A stretch of 64,000 bases of DNA, taken from positions 335,431 to 399,430 of the forward strand of contig CAZRJR010000001.1 in NCBI GenBank assembly GCA_964600985.1. The letters are read 5' to 3'. A program made the translations under genes and the position numbers. Positions 35,807 to 44,544 of this stretch are shown here, in pieces. Numbering within the stretch: the first letter of the stretch is position 1; every line of letters begins with the position of its first letter. The notes under the pieces were generated by a model that did no database searches, was not told the origin of the DNA, and saw only the letters and a program-made list of their open reading frames with translations. The DNA is from an uncultured Candidatus Saccharibacteria bacterium. Lineage in GTDB: Bacteria; Patescibacteriota; Saccharimonadia; CAILAD01; JADZBC01.

Positions 35807-37183
35807 ATGATTTCCAAGCAAACCCAAAAAGCTATAAGCTATATATTTGCCATCCTGGCCGTGGTGCTTGGAAGTATCTTTTTAGTAGCAATAGCCCAGG
35901 GTTATCGTTATGATTTCCTCACCGGCCAGATCAAAGAATCGGGCCTAGTGCTGATCGACTCAAAGCCGGGCAATGCCGACATATACATAAACGGTAAGCA
36001 TAGCAAAAAGGCCACACCACAGCGCATTACCAATGCACCCGTAGGGCCCATGAACGTGGAGCTGTTGCGTCCCGAATTCCGGGTATGGAAGAAGTCGTTT
36101 GTGGTGCGGGCCCAACAAGTCAGCTTTGCCGACTATGCCATACTTTTGCCGCAACAGCTTCACTACACCTCGTACTTACCTGATTATAAAATCTCAGAAC
36201 TTGTGCAGACTTCGAGCCAAAATAAATCATTCATCGTAACTACCAAGCCAGAGGCAGCAGTTTGGCAGCTCGAAGCCAACCAAAGTCCCGCCAAACTCTA
36301 TGCTCCCCCACCCAATAGCGGTGACACTGACCTTTCTGGACTCAGCGTAAATAGTGACGGCTCACGCCTGCTCGTCAATCAACGCACCGGTAGCACGGTG
36401 TCAAAGCTAGTAATTACCGGTCAAGATGCTGCGCTTAACCTCAGCGCCAATTTACAAATTACCACCGGCAGCTTAAGCTTTAACCCTAGCAATAATAATG
36501 AACTCTACTGGCTAGGCGCCGACAGCACTCTGCGTAAGATCAATATCGACAACCAAACGATAGGCTCAGTTCTGGCTCAAAATGTAGTAGCATTGCAGCC
36601 CGAAGGCAACCAGATTTTCGTAGTGCTAGGGCCAGATGCTAACTCCACAGTTAACACCCTGTGGCGAATTGACTCAGGTTCGGGCAAAAAGACCAAGCTC
36701 AACGTAGCCATTCCACAAAGCCCAAGTTACCAGCTTAAACTTGCAAAGCCTCGAAGTGGCAATTACCTAGCACTACTAAGTCAGGCTACCAAGGAGCTCA
36801 TAATTATCAAGGAATACGACCAAACCAAGCCAATCAATGGCCTGTTGTCTAAATCCGCCACCACATTCACCATTAGCAAGAATGGTGAGCGAATCGTGTA
36901 CGCCACAGGTGATAAGCTCAAGACTTACGACATTCAGCAAGCTGAGCGCTTTGACTTTGGGGTAACCATCGCCGGGCTGCAAGGTTGGTCGTGGTACGAC
37001 GATGAGCACCTGGTTCTTGTGGCTAATAACCAACTACGCTTCATAGACTACGACGGCCAAAACGATCAAGTAATCAGCGATCGTGGCGACAGCGTGAGTG
37101 CTAGCGCCCTACACGCAAATGACAAGGACGTGATTTACATTTCTACTGGTGGACTTAAGACCGTGCGTTTAACTCAAAACTAG
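35807..37183 (+). CDS. Membrane-anchored protein with a PEGA-like domain and a C-terminal beta-propeller-like region
   Basis: N-terminal TM, then LIDSKPGNADIYINGK (PEGA-like). Repeating beta-rich C-terminus. Confidence 0.5.
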   Translation: MISKQTQKAISYIFAILAVVLGSIFLVAIAQGYRYDFLTGQIKESGLVLIDSKPGNADIYINGKHSKKATPQRITNAPVGPMNVELLRPEFRVWKKSFVVRAQQVSFADYAILLPQQLHYTSYLPDYKISELVQTSSQNKSFIVTTKPEAAVWQLEANQSPAKLYAPPPNSGDTDLSGLSVNSDGSRLLVNQRTGSTVSKLVITGQDAALNLSANLQITTGSLSFNPSNNNELYWLGADSTLRKINIDNQTIGSVLAQNVVALQPEGNQIFVVLGPDANSTVNTLWRIDSGSGKKTKLNVAIPQSPSYQLKLAKPRSGNYLALLSQATKELIIIKEYDQTKPINGLLSKSATTFTISKNGERIVYATGDKLKTYDIQQAERFDFGVTIAGLQGWSWYDDEHLVLVANNQLRFIDYDGQNDQVISDRGDSVSASALHANDKDVIYISTGGLKTVRLTQN

Positions 37184-37208
37184 ATTGTTCCCCGGAGAAT
37201 TCAGCCCC

Positions 37209-38363
37209 CTAGCTAACCTCTGGCAAGCGAGGCTGAGTATCTGCTGGTGTGGGATTCTTAGGCACAGTAGTGCTTGGCTTGGTCTTGAAGTAACTAGCTA
37301 TATTCGAAAAGATTTTACCAATTTGCTGGCCAATAGTTGGTGCACTGCCAGGGAGTGGCTTTGGCTTGGCAGTAGTTGACTTAACCGGCTGAGCATCAGG
37401 GCGCTGCGCACTTGCGACCTGTCCAGTAGACTGCTTTACGTTCGGGGCTGGCTGAATCTGCTTAGCAACCACGATTAAACGCTGCCACGAGGTACCTGGA
37501 GGCGTGCAAGTAATCAGCGTAAGAGTTGGGTCGGGAGTTGGATTGAGGACTGACACCTCAGTGGGTGCTACCACCTTCTTTTCACCCACTTGGTACACGT
37601 ACTTACGCGATGAATAATTAACTTGAATCTGATCGCCGACCTCGAGCTTACCCAAAAGCGCGAACACAAACTTATAATTACCCGGCTCCCACCAGTCGTT
37701 GGATGAATGACCGAATATCACAACGTTGCCGTTTTCGCCGGGGTTCGCGGTATTTACGTAGTGCACCACACCGTCTTGCAGATTCTTCATAACCACATCG
37801 TCAGCGGCTGTATCGGCGTAAATAACTGGTGCGCTCACGTTAATTTTAGGTATGATTACCAAATTATCAGGTGGCACTATGGCCGTCGAAGCAGTTGTAG
37901 CATTAGGGTCCTGTAGTACCAAATTATCGGCTGGCTTGGTTGGATGCAAGAAAAAACCAATTTGCTGCGCAATCAGCTGGAAGTTGAATATTATTAAAAA
38001 CAATGTAAAACCAGCCAAGGCATAGGCAACTGGTCTTAATTTGCGCCGCATATCTTGAGGCTCTTTGGGTAGATTTTGCTGCGTGTGCGCGGTGGGGTGA
38101 TCAGCCGACAGGACCTTTGGTTGTGGTTCCACGGGGACCTGATGCGGTGAAGCTAGTATGGGCGAGGTTGGCTGATCGGCTGGTGGACTTACCGGAACAG
38201 TGGACGCCACGGCTATAGGTTCTTGCACTTCTGCATTAGTATCTAAATTTTGTGCAGCGCCAATTACCGCCGCAGGACGCGGCGGTTCGGGGCTAGGAAT
38301 CTGTCCGCCCGTCAGATCCTCAAATGATAGTGTGTGTTCTGGTTTAGCGTCTGTCATAGACAA
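37209..38363 (-). CDS. Sortase-family transpeptidase with a long P/Q-rich cytoplasmic N-terminus and one TM
   Basis: Catalytic motifs VIFGHSS (His) and TLITCTPPG (TLxTC Cys). Confidence 0.75.
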   Translation of the reverse strand: MSMTDAKPEHTLSFEDLTGGQIPSPEPPRPAAVIGAAQNLDTNAEVQEPIAVASTVPVSPPADQPTSPILASPHQVPVEPQPKVLSADHPTAHTQQNLPKEPQDMRRKLRPVAYALAGFTLFLIIFNFQLIAQQIGFFLHPTKPADNLVLQDPNATTASTAIVPPDNLVIIPKINVSAPVIYADTAADDVVMKNLQDGVVHYVNTANPGENGNVVIFGHSSNDWWEPGNYKFVFALLGKLEVGDQIQVNYSSRKYVYQVGEKKVVAPTEVSVLNPTPDPTLTLITCTPPGTSWQRLIVVAKQIQPAPNVKQSTGQVASAQRPDAQPVKSTTAKPKPLPGSAPTIGQQIGKIFSNIASYFKTKPSTTVPKNPTPADTQPRLPEVS

Positions 38364-38429
38364 GATTTATACCCATACATTATAATACAGAGGCTCTCCA
38401 TTAGGCTAATATGCCTTAAAAGCGAGCGA

Positions 38430-38514
38430 GCCAGAGTGGTGGAATTGGTATACACGCACGACTCAAAATCGTGTGCCGCAAGGCTTGTGGGTTCGAGTCC
38501 CACCTCTGGCACCA
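38430..38514 (+). tRNA. tRNA-Leu (anticodon CAA), long variable arm, CCA encoded
   Basis: Acceptor GCCAGAG/CTCTGGC, anticodon stem CACGA/TCGTG with loop CTCAAAA, T-arm GTGGG-TTCGAGT-CCCAC. 85 nt. Confidence 0.85.
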
Positions 38515-38658
38515 TTCTGAACGGCTCCACACCGTTGAGGTGTTCAGAATAGTAATAGCATGAGATGAGAACTGTAGGTTCGATGTAGTAAAGCGCGCAG
38601 CATCATACAAGCTATCCTGTAGTGACCAAGTACTTCACGGAAGTCGAAGAGCGACCGA

Positions 38659-38671
38659 CCCACCTCTGGCA
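38659..38671. repeat. 13-nt direct copy of the tRNA-Leu 3-prime end (cccacctctggca), 144 nt downstream of the tRNA
   Basis: Exact match to 38499-38511. Confidence 0.6.
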
Positions 38672-38711
38672 ATATAACTATTCTTTCTTCTCATAAGTGC
38701 GGCAGGAATCG

Positions 38712-39599
38712 CTAGTTCATCTCACGCTGGATAGTTTCGCGAATTAAACGGTCTGCTTGAACCGGATCTCGCAACTCCCTCTCGGCCAGCGTAATAGTGT
38801 TAAATAGATAGCCAGCCGTCAAGGCTTTGGGCAACACATCGCTCAGCTCAACCGCAAAGTCAGCCAATAGCCCGCACAATAGACCCATAAACAGCCCCCT
38901 ATATTCATTAATCACCGTAGGCCGAAAGTGGATTATACCTACTTCGCTTGCGTGCGATGTATCGACCACAACCGCCATATCGGCGCCATAGCAAATTACA
39001 TGAGCCCGCAATCGCTTACTCACCGATTGAGCAATATTAATTACGTTATACACACCTCGTCCAGGCCTGATTTTGACCGATAAATCAAGCGCGCCGGCCA
39101 ACTTCATAAGGGCTTCACTACCGAGATACAGAAGTGTGTTAGGTCGCATCCAGCTCACTTGTGGCATAAAATTATAGAGGGCTAGCGCTTCGTCGGTAAC
39201 TACAAGCGGCACCGCAGTAGTTGACCATATCTTCTCAAAAAGTATCTGCATGCTACTGCCAAACTCCACATCGGGCGCCATTACCACAAGGTTCGCATGA
39301 GTTAAAAAGTCGAGAACTTCGCCAGTTTGTTCAATATGCCCAGTTTTGCGGCCAGCGCTCAGTAGCATAGAGCCTAACGGCAGCAAACTCGCGTCCGTAG
39401 CCCTTGCCTCGACCAAGCAGACTGGTGAAACCCCCATAGCCACAGTGGTGCCATACAATTGACTGAGGGTATTGAGGCGTTTTTTGCTGCCACCAAACAG
39501 TGCTAACTGTAAGCGACTCAAACCACTAATCGGCCGATTAAAGACTATGTCAGGATACAGGAGCTCGTCACGCTGATGAATAAGAGCTAGCTCCGCCAC
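38712..39599 (-). CDS. Ribokinase-like/YjeF-C-like putative sugar or NAD(P)HX kinase-dehydratase family protein (weak call)
   Basis: The C-terminal pattern ...ICYGADMAVVVD...GLLCGLLA resembles the YjeF_C/ThiM-like fold. Confidence 0.4.
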   Translation of the reverse strand: MAELALIHQRDELLYPDIVFNRPISGLSRLQLALFGGSKKRLNTLSQLYGTTVAMGVSPVCLVEARATDASLLPLGSMLLSAGRKTGHIEQTGEVLDFLTHANLVVMAPDVEFGSSMQILFEKIWSTTAVPLVVTDEALALYNFMPQVSWMRPNTLLYLGSEALMKLAGALDLSVKIRPGRGVYNVINIAQSVSKRLRAHVICYGADMAVVVDTSHASEVGIIHFRPTVINEYRGLFMGLLCGLLADFAVELSDVLPKALTAGYLFNTITLAERELRDPVQADRLIRETIQREMN

Positions 39600-39611
39600 A
39601 GGTAGTTCCGC

Positions 39612-40016
39612 TTAGGCGTGGGCATACAACCGCGCCAAGTCGGCCGGCAATATACGAGTTAGTTTAACGGCGGTTGGGTAATCGCTAATGGTACGAATAG
39701 CCATAAAGTACGATTCAAAGATTACCTCAGCCTCTTCGGTAGATGTAAGTTGTAAGCGTCGGGCTAGTTGCTGAGTAGCAGGTAAAGCCGTTTGTTTGGC
39801 GCCAGCGCGAGTGCCAATTCGGCTAAAAAACACTTGCTTGTGCGGGCGTAAGTAACCTGGTACGAGGGCAAAAAACTGACTCTCTTGGCTTGGCGTAAGC
39901 ACGCGCTCCAGAACCTCGCTCACAGCTATAACCACACGGCCAGCCTGGTCGTCATTGAGTAAGCCCGCATGCTGCTTTACGAGTGCAGTGAAGTAATCTG
40001 GAATAGTACTTTTCAT
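39612..40016 (-). CDS. DUF2267-like small protein
   Basis: Two helical repeats with a conserved L/R pattern. Weak family call. Confidence 0.4.
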   Translation of the reverse strand: MKSTIPDYFTALVKQHAGLLNDDQAGRVVIAVSEVLERVLTPSQESQFFALVPGYLRPHKQVFFSRIGTRAGAKQTALPATQQLARRLQLTSTEEAEVIFESYFMAIRTISDYPTAVKLTRILPADLARLYAHA

Positions 40017-40073
40017 GGCACTACTCTACCATATTATAACGAGCATGTCTACCTTGACCCTAGAAACAACCTA

Positions 40074-40319
40074 TTATTCAGACACGACATTGCTCGAAAC
40101 AGCACCAAAATCCTCTTTAAGTTGGCTTACACGGTTTTCGGCTTGCTGCAAATACTGCTTTAATTGGCCCGCCAATGCCGCTCCACGTTCAAACCTTTTA
40201 ATCGCTTCATCCAGGTCGACATCTGAGCGCTCTAAGTATGCTGCAATTTCCTCGAGCTCCTTCATGCTCGCCGAAAAGTCAAAGTTCGAGTCTAGTTTGC
40301 TGGCTGTCTGTGTGGCCAT
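40074..40319 (-). CDS. xseB: Exodeoxyribonuclease VII small subunit
   Basis: FSASMKELEEIAAYLE...LDEAIKRFERG matches the XseB pattern FExALxELEEIV...LEE(S/A)L..FExG. Overlaps xseA. Confidence 0.8.
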   Translation of the reverse strand: MATQTASKLDSNFDFSASMKELEEIAAYLERSDVDLDEAIKRFERGAALAGQLKQYLQQAENRVSQLKEDFGAVSSNVVSE

Positions 40320-41475
40320 CGGCTTTCCTCATAGTTACATTTCCTTGATGTAATTGTAGCATAACCAAGCTTTCGGCTGTAATCTCGTTAGCACGCTTTA
40401 CGCTCCGACCATTCACCGTGGCTATGCTGTAGCCACGGCTCAAAATCGCCCTGGGATCTAACCCTGTCAAGTTCCTAGCCTGGTAAGCGAGCTGCTGACT
40501 AGCTCGCTGCAAAATGTCATCAATTCTATAGTACACACGGTTCGTGTTGTACTCCAGCCGGTCTCCAAGGCCATGGTACAACCGTAAGAAGCTTTGATTA
40601 ACCCGCTCGATCACACGATCACACTGCTCGATATTACGCTGCACTAACCTACCCATAGTCTCTACTCTACCATCTAGCTGCGCTATTACCTCCATCTTAT
40701 CGGCAGTAATGCGCCGGGCCGCATCGGTTGGTGTAGCCGCTCGCACGTCGGCTGCGAGCTCGGCTAAGCTCACGTCATCCTCGTGGCCAATACCAACTAC
40801 GGTAGGTAGCTTTGCGCCATACACGGCCCGCACCACATCTTCATGGCTAAACGCCTGCAAATCCTCCGCACTACCACCGCCGCGGATAATCACAAGTATA
40901 TCGTAGCCCTTAGCTCGCGCGTTAAAATATTCTATGGCTCGCACAACTTGCCGTGGTGCGTCCGTCCCTTGCACCTGCACTTGAGCCTGATCAATTTCTA
41001 ATCCTGCCCAGCGATCGTTCACAATCGTAACGAAGTCATTATACGCTGCAGCCTGCTGAGAGGTTATGAGAGCAATACGGCGAGCATACTGCGGCAAAGC
41101 ACGTTTGCGCTCAAGTGCAAACAGTCCTTCCGCCTCAAACTTAGCCTTAAGAAGCTCAAAAGCTTTTTTGACTGCCCCCTCGCCAGCAAGCTCCACAGAC
41201 TTAACCGTTAAACTAAACTTACCCCACTTTGTTAAGTTAGGTGTAGAACTTGCCCTAATCTTCATGCCATCGGCCAAAGCTACCTTGAGCTGGAATATTG
41301 GCATAAAGCAGCTAATAGTTGACTCTTCGTCTTTAAGGTCAAAGAACACCCATTTGCCCTGATTTACCTTATAGCTACTTACCTCGCCCTCCACCGTCAC
41401 GAGCGGATAGGCAAATTGGAGCGTTTGGTTTACGAAGGCGTTCAGCTCCGAGACACTTAATACCTCATGCTCCAT
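40279..41475 (-). CDS. xseA: Exodeoxyribonuclease VII large subunit
   Basis: N-terminal OB-fold LSVSELNAFVNQTL...VEGEVSSYKV. Size about 400 aa. Adjacent to xseB. Confidence 0.9.
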   Translation of the reverse strand: MEHEVLSVSELNAFVNQTLQFAYPLVTVEGEVSSYKVNQGKWVFFDLKDEESTISCFMPIFQLKVALADGMKIRASSTPNLTKWGKFSLTVKSVELAGEGAVKKAFELLKAKFEAEGLFALERKRALPQYARRIALITSQQAAAYNDFVTIVNDRWAGLEIDQAQVQVQGTDAPRQVVRAIEYFNARAKGYDILVIIRGGGSAEDLQAFSHEDVVRAVYGAKLPTVVGIGHEDDVSLAELAADVRAATPTDAARRITADKMEVIAQLDGRVETMGRLVQRNIEQCDRVIERVNQSFLRLYHGLGDRLEYNTNRVYYRIDDILQRASQQLAYQARNLTGLDPRAILSRGYSIATVNGRSVKRANEITAESLVMLQLHQGNVTMRKADGHTDSQQTRLEL

Positions 41476-42463
41476 CGATTGTCTCTCGTTTATAGAACCA
41501 TAATCCGACCGGTAGGAACAGCCAGAAAGCTATAGTGCGATACACCAGCACCACCGAAAAACTCAAGCCAAAAGGCTGACCAAGCGCCACAAAGGTACCC
41601 ACCATAGTGGCCTCGTATACCCCCACCCCAGCAGTAAAAAACGCGGCGGTTGAAAACAACAATGCCAAGCAGTACCCAGCTATAACCACACCTGGGTTAA
41701 TAACCGCACCAAAGGCCAAGAACACAATGTAAACCGACAGTACCTCGAGCAAGAGCCCAGCCATTACCCATCCCACTGGCCGACGCACCCTGCCGTGATT
41801 ATGACGCATAGTATGGATAGCGCCATAAAAGTCATCCAAAAAAACCTTTATGCGCTCTCGACTTAGGGCATTACGCTTTATATAATGCAGCACAAAGTTA
41901 ATCGGCCTAGTCGACCAATACAGCACCGCCTCGGTCGTGGAACGTTGGAACACCACCACTGTGCTCACCAAGCCTACTGCTAATACACCAAGTATAAACA
42001 TTAGAATTACTTTAAAACCCACGTGCGCTGTGTTGTTGGTAAAGAATAAACTAATGAACGCCACGACGAGCAAGCCAAAGTAGCCCGCCAGGGTAAACAC
42101 CTGCCAAAACACCTGTGCGATTGCTGTGGTGTGTGTATCTACCTTGGGCTTCAGTGCTCTGGCTATATATGACACGCCCGATATGCCGCCGGTCGGGAAT
42201 ACGGTATTCACGAAGTTCATAGTTACTACACTACGAAACAGCTTTCTGTGCTCTACCTTGTGACCAAACAGGTCCAAGAAACTTACAAAATAACGGGTGT
42301 TGCTGTAGTAACTTAGGTAGCGGATTGGGAGAATGAACAAAAGTATCCACAGATTTAGTTGGTCGAGAAGGTCGACAAATTCACCAAATCTACCCAGGTT
42401 TCTCATAACAAATATACCCAAGACAGCCAGGGCGACAAAGAACAAGACATGTCGTAGTTTCAT
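41465..42463 (-). CDS. UPF0104/LPG-synthase-TM (flippase-like) family membrane protein
   Basis: Eight-TM topology and family-like motifs. Moderate certainty. Confidence 0.6.
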   Translation of the reverse strand: MKLRHVLFFVALAVLGIFVMRNLGRFGEFVDLLDQLNLWILLFILPIRYLSYYSNTRYFVSFLDLFGHKVEHRKLFRSVVTMNFVNTVFPTGGISGVSYIARALKPKVDTHTTAIAQVFWQVFTLAGYFGLLVVAFISLFFTNNTAHVGFKVILMFILGVLAVGLVSTVVVFQRSTTEAVLYWSTRPINFVLHYIKRNALSRERIKVFLDDFYGAIHTMRHNHGRVRRPVGWVMAGLLLEVLSVYIVFLAFGAVINPGVVIAGYCLALLFSTAAFFTAGVGVYEATMVGTFVALGQPFGLSFSVVLVYRTIAFWLFLPVGLWFYKRETIDGA

Positions 42464-42536
42464 AGTGCTTATTGTACTCTACCGAGTGCCTTCTGGCGAG
42501 GCAGTACGGTGCACTAAAGTAAGGTATAATGACGTC

Positions 42537-43688
42537 ATGAACACCCTCGCCATCCTCGGCCGTGAAACCAAACTTTGCCAGGCCGAATTGAGTAGTCTCT
42601 ACCCCCACGTACAGCACTTTGGACCTGTTAGTGTTATAGATTCCCCGCAACAGCCAAGCATAGGCCGTCTGGGTGGAACTACCAAACTAGCTGCCGTGAT
42701 CACAAATCTACCCACAAACACAAGCCCAGCAAACTTGGTCGATGCTATATTTCACTACCTTGTACAAACAGCCGGTGATGGCAAGCTCCATTTTGGGCTA
42801 AGCGTGTATAGCCAGGGCCATTCGCGTTCGACGCGCGCCGAGGTGCACAAGCTCGGGTTAGAGATCAAAAAAGCCCTCCGTGCCCACGGTAAATCAGTGC
42901 GGTTTGTGGAGGGCAAATCGGGCAATGAGCTCGGTGCCGCGCAACTTAAGTATAATCAACTCACTACCAAGGGTTTTGAAATCATTGTAGTCCACACTCT
43001 TAATGGTATTCTTCTCGCCCGCACTTACGCCTACCAGGACATCGATAGCTACAGTAAGCGCGACTGGGACCGCCCGGTCCGCGACAGCAAAGTCGGCATG
43101 CTACCACCTAAGCTCGCTCAAATCATGATCAATCTTGCCAACCCAGCCAAGGATTCAACGGTGTACGACCCATTCTGCGGTAATGGCGTGATCCTGCAAG
43201 AAGCTCTGCTGATGGGATTTAATGTGCTCGGCAGTGACCTGAGCGACGCTATGGTTAGAGCTAGCACGCAAAATACTAATTGGTTGAGAGACCATTACGA
43301 CATCACAGGCACCAGTAGGGTTTGGGCAGCCGACGCTACCAAACTCACCGAGCTACCAGATAATAGTGTAATTGTGACTGAAGGCTACTTAGGGACGCCG
43401 ATTCATGGCCCCTTGCGAGCGTCGCAGCAAAACTCAGTTATCGATCCCGTGAACACCCTCTACACTCAGCTCCTAAGTAACTTACGTCCACTCCTTGCCC
43501 CTGGTGCCCGATTGGTCATAAGCTTCCCTTGCTGGAGTACACCGGACGGACTTTTACACTTACCAGTTATTGACCAGATTGCTGATTTAGGGTATACTAC
43601 TCATCAGTGTAGCGGCAGCAGCACCTTGGTGTACCGCAGAGACAACCAGTTTGTCGGCCGCGAAATAGCAGTATTAATAGCCTCTTAA
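42537..43688 (+). CDS. THUMP-domain RNA (guanine-N2 or adenine-N6 type) methyltransferase (RlmL/Trm11-like)
   Basis: AdoMet motif [18 protein letters not shown] at 42537 lies 6 nt after TATAAT (leaderless-type). The track N-terminal extension overlaps the opposite-strand gene and is rejected. Confidence 0.75.
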   Translation: MNTLAILGRETKLCQAELSSLYPHVQHFGPVSVIDSPQQPSIGRLGGTTKLAAVITNLPTNTSPANLVDAIFHYLVQTAGDGKLHFGLSVYSQGHSRSTRAEVHKLGLEIKKALRAHGKSVRFVEGKSGNELGAAQLKYNQLTTKGFEIIVVHTLNGILLARTYAYQDIDSYSKRDWDRPVRDSKVGMLPPKLAQIMINLANPAKDSTVYDPFCGNGVILQEALLMGFNVLGSDLSDAMVRASTQNTNWLRDHYDITGTSRVWAADATKLTELPDNSVIVTEGYLGTPIHGPLRASQQNSVIDPVNTLYTQLLSNLRPLLAPGARLVISFPCWSTPDGLLHLPVIDQIADLGYTTHQCSGSSTLVYRRDNQFVGREIAVLIAS

Positions 43689-43698
43689 AGGACAAGAT

Positions 43699-43977
43699 AT
43701 GTCAAAGACGAAAGCCGGTGGTTCCACAAGAAACGGCCGCGATTCCCAATCTAAACGACTCGGTGTAAAGCTTTTTGGTGGCCAAGAAGTTAAAGCCGGC
43801 AACATAATTATTCGCCAACGTGGTACTAAATACGGTGCAGGTGAAAACGTACGTCTTGGCAAGGATTATACTATTTTTGCAACCGCAGCTGGCAATGTAG
43901 AATTCACCCAAGAACGCAAAACCCTCTTTAGTGGTCGTGCCAAGCGCAAAACAATTGTGCACGTAAAAGCAAGCTAA
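43699..43977 (+). CDS. rpmA: 50S ribosomal protein L27
   Basis: [20 protein letters not shown] signature. Confidence 0.9.
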   Translation: MSKTKAGGSTRNGRDSQSKRLGVKLFGGQEVKAGNIIIRQRGTKYGAGENVRLGKDYTIFATAAGNVEFTQERKTLFSGRAKRKTIVHVKAS

Positions 43978-43996
43978 GAACACAACCAATCACGTA

Positions 43997-44030
43997 TACA
44001 CTAAAGGGCCTTTCGGGGTCCTTTAGTGTA
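43997..44030 (+). terminator. Hairpin tacactaaagggcc-tttcg-gggtcctttagtgta after rpmA
   Basis: Inverted repeat read directly. Confidence 0.55.
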
Positions 44031-44040
44031 TAGTATTGCT

Positions 44041-44535
44041 ATGGATGATGTTTATATTGCAAAAGGCAAGCTTGCCGGCAAAGGGGTCTACGCGGCTCGC
44101 GACTTTGAGTCAGGCGAAATCGTAAAGTACTACAACTTACGGCCCCTCACTCAAGCTGAATTTGATCAACTACCTACAGAAGAACACATGTTCGTGCACT
44201 CGTTCTTCGGCAAGATGTACTTATTTCCTGAGCCCTCCCGATATACAAACCACTCACCAACTCCAAACACACGTGCTGACTTAGAGAGGATGTGTGACAT
44301 TGCAATTCTACCAATTAAGCGTGGTGAAATGATCACGACTAATGCAACTAAAGAAGTAGAGAACGAGCTTAGAACATTTATAGAAGCACTCGAACATCAA
44401 AAGGTTTTAAACTTCCAGCGTATTAATGGTGGCTACCGTAATGCTACCTGCAGCTATTCAGTAGAGCGAGATAACGAAAAACTTGAAAAGACTGTAAAAC
44501 TCAAACGTATTCGTGGGAACTGGCACATAGTCTAA
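44041..44535 (+). CDS. SET-domain protein (putative protein-lysine methyltransferase)
   Basis: GKGVYAARDFESGEIV (SET N-motif) and YTNHSPTPNT (NHSxxPN motif). TATAGT lies 6 nt before the ATG. Confidence 0.65.
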   Translation: MDDVYIAKGKLAGKGVYAARDFESGEIVKYYNLRPLTQAEFDQLPTEEHMFVHSFFGKMYLFPEPSRYTNHSPTPNTRADLERMCDIAILPIKRGEMITTNATKEVENELRTFIEALEHQKVLNFQRINGGYRNATCSYSVERDNEKLEKTVKLKRIRGNWHIV

Positions 44536-44544
44536 TTCGTAGGT

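Noticed and set aside
40279-40319. 41-nt overlap between xseB and xseA as an annotation error
   Set aside because: The XseB N-terminal extension aligns with the family pattern (F-x-x-A-L-x-E-L-E-x-I starts about residue 14). Out-of-frame overlap between xseB and xseA is common, so both calls are kept.
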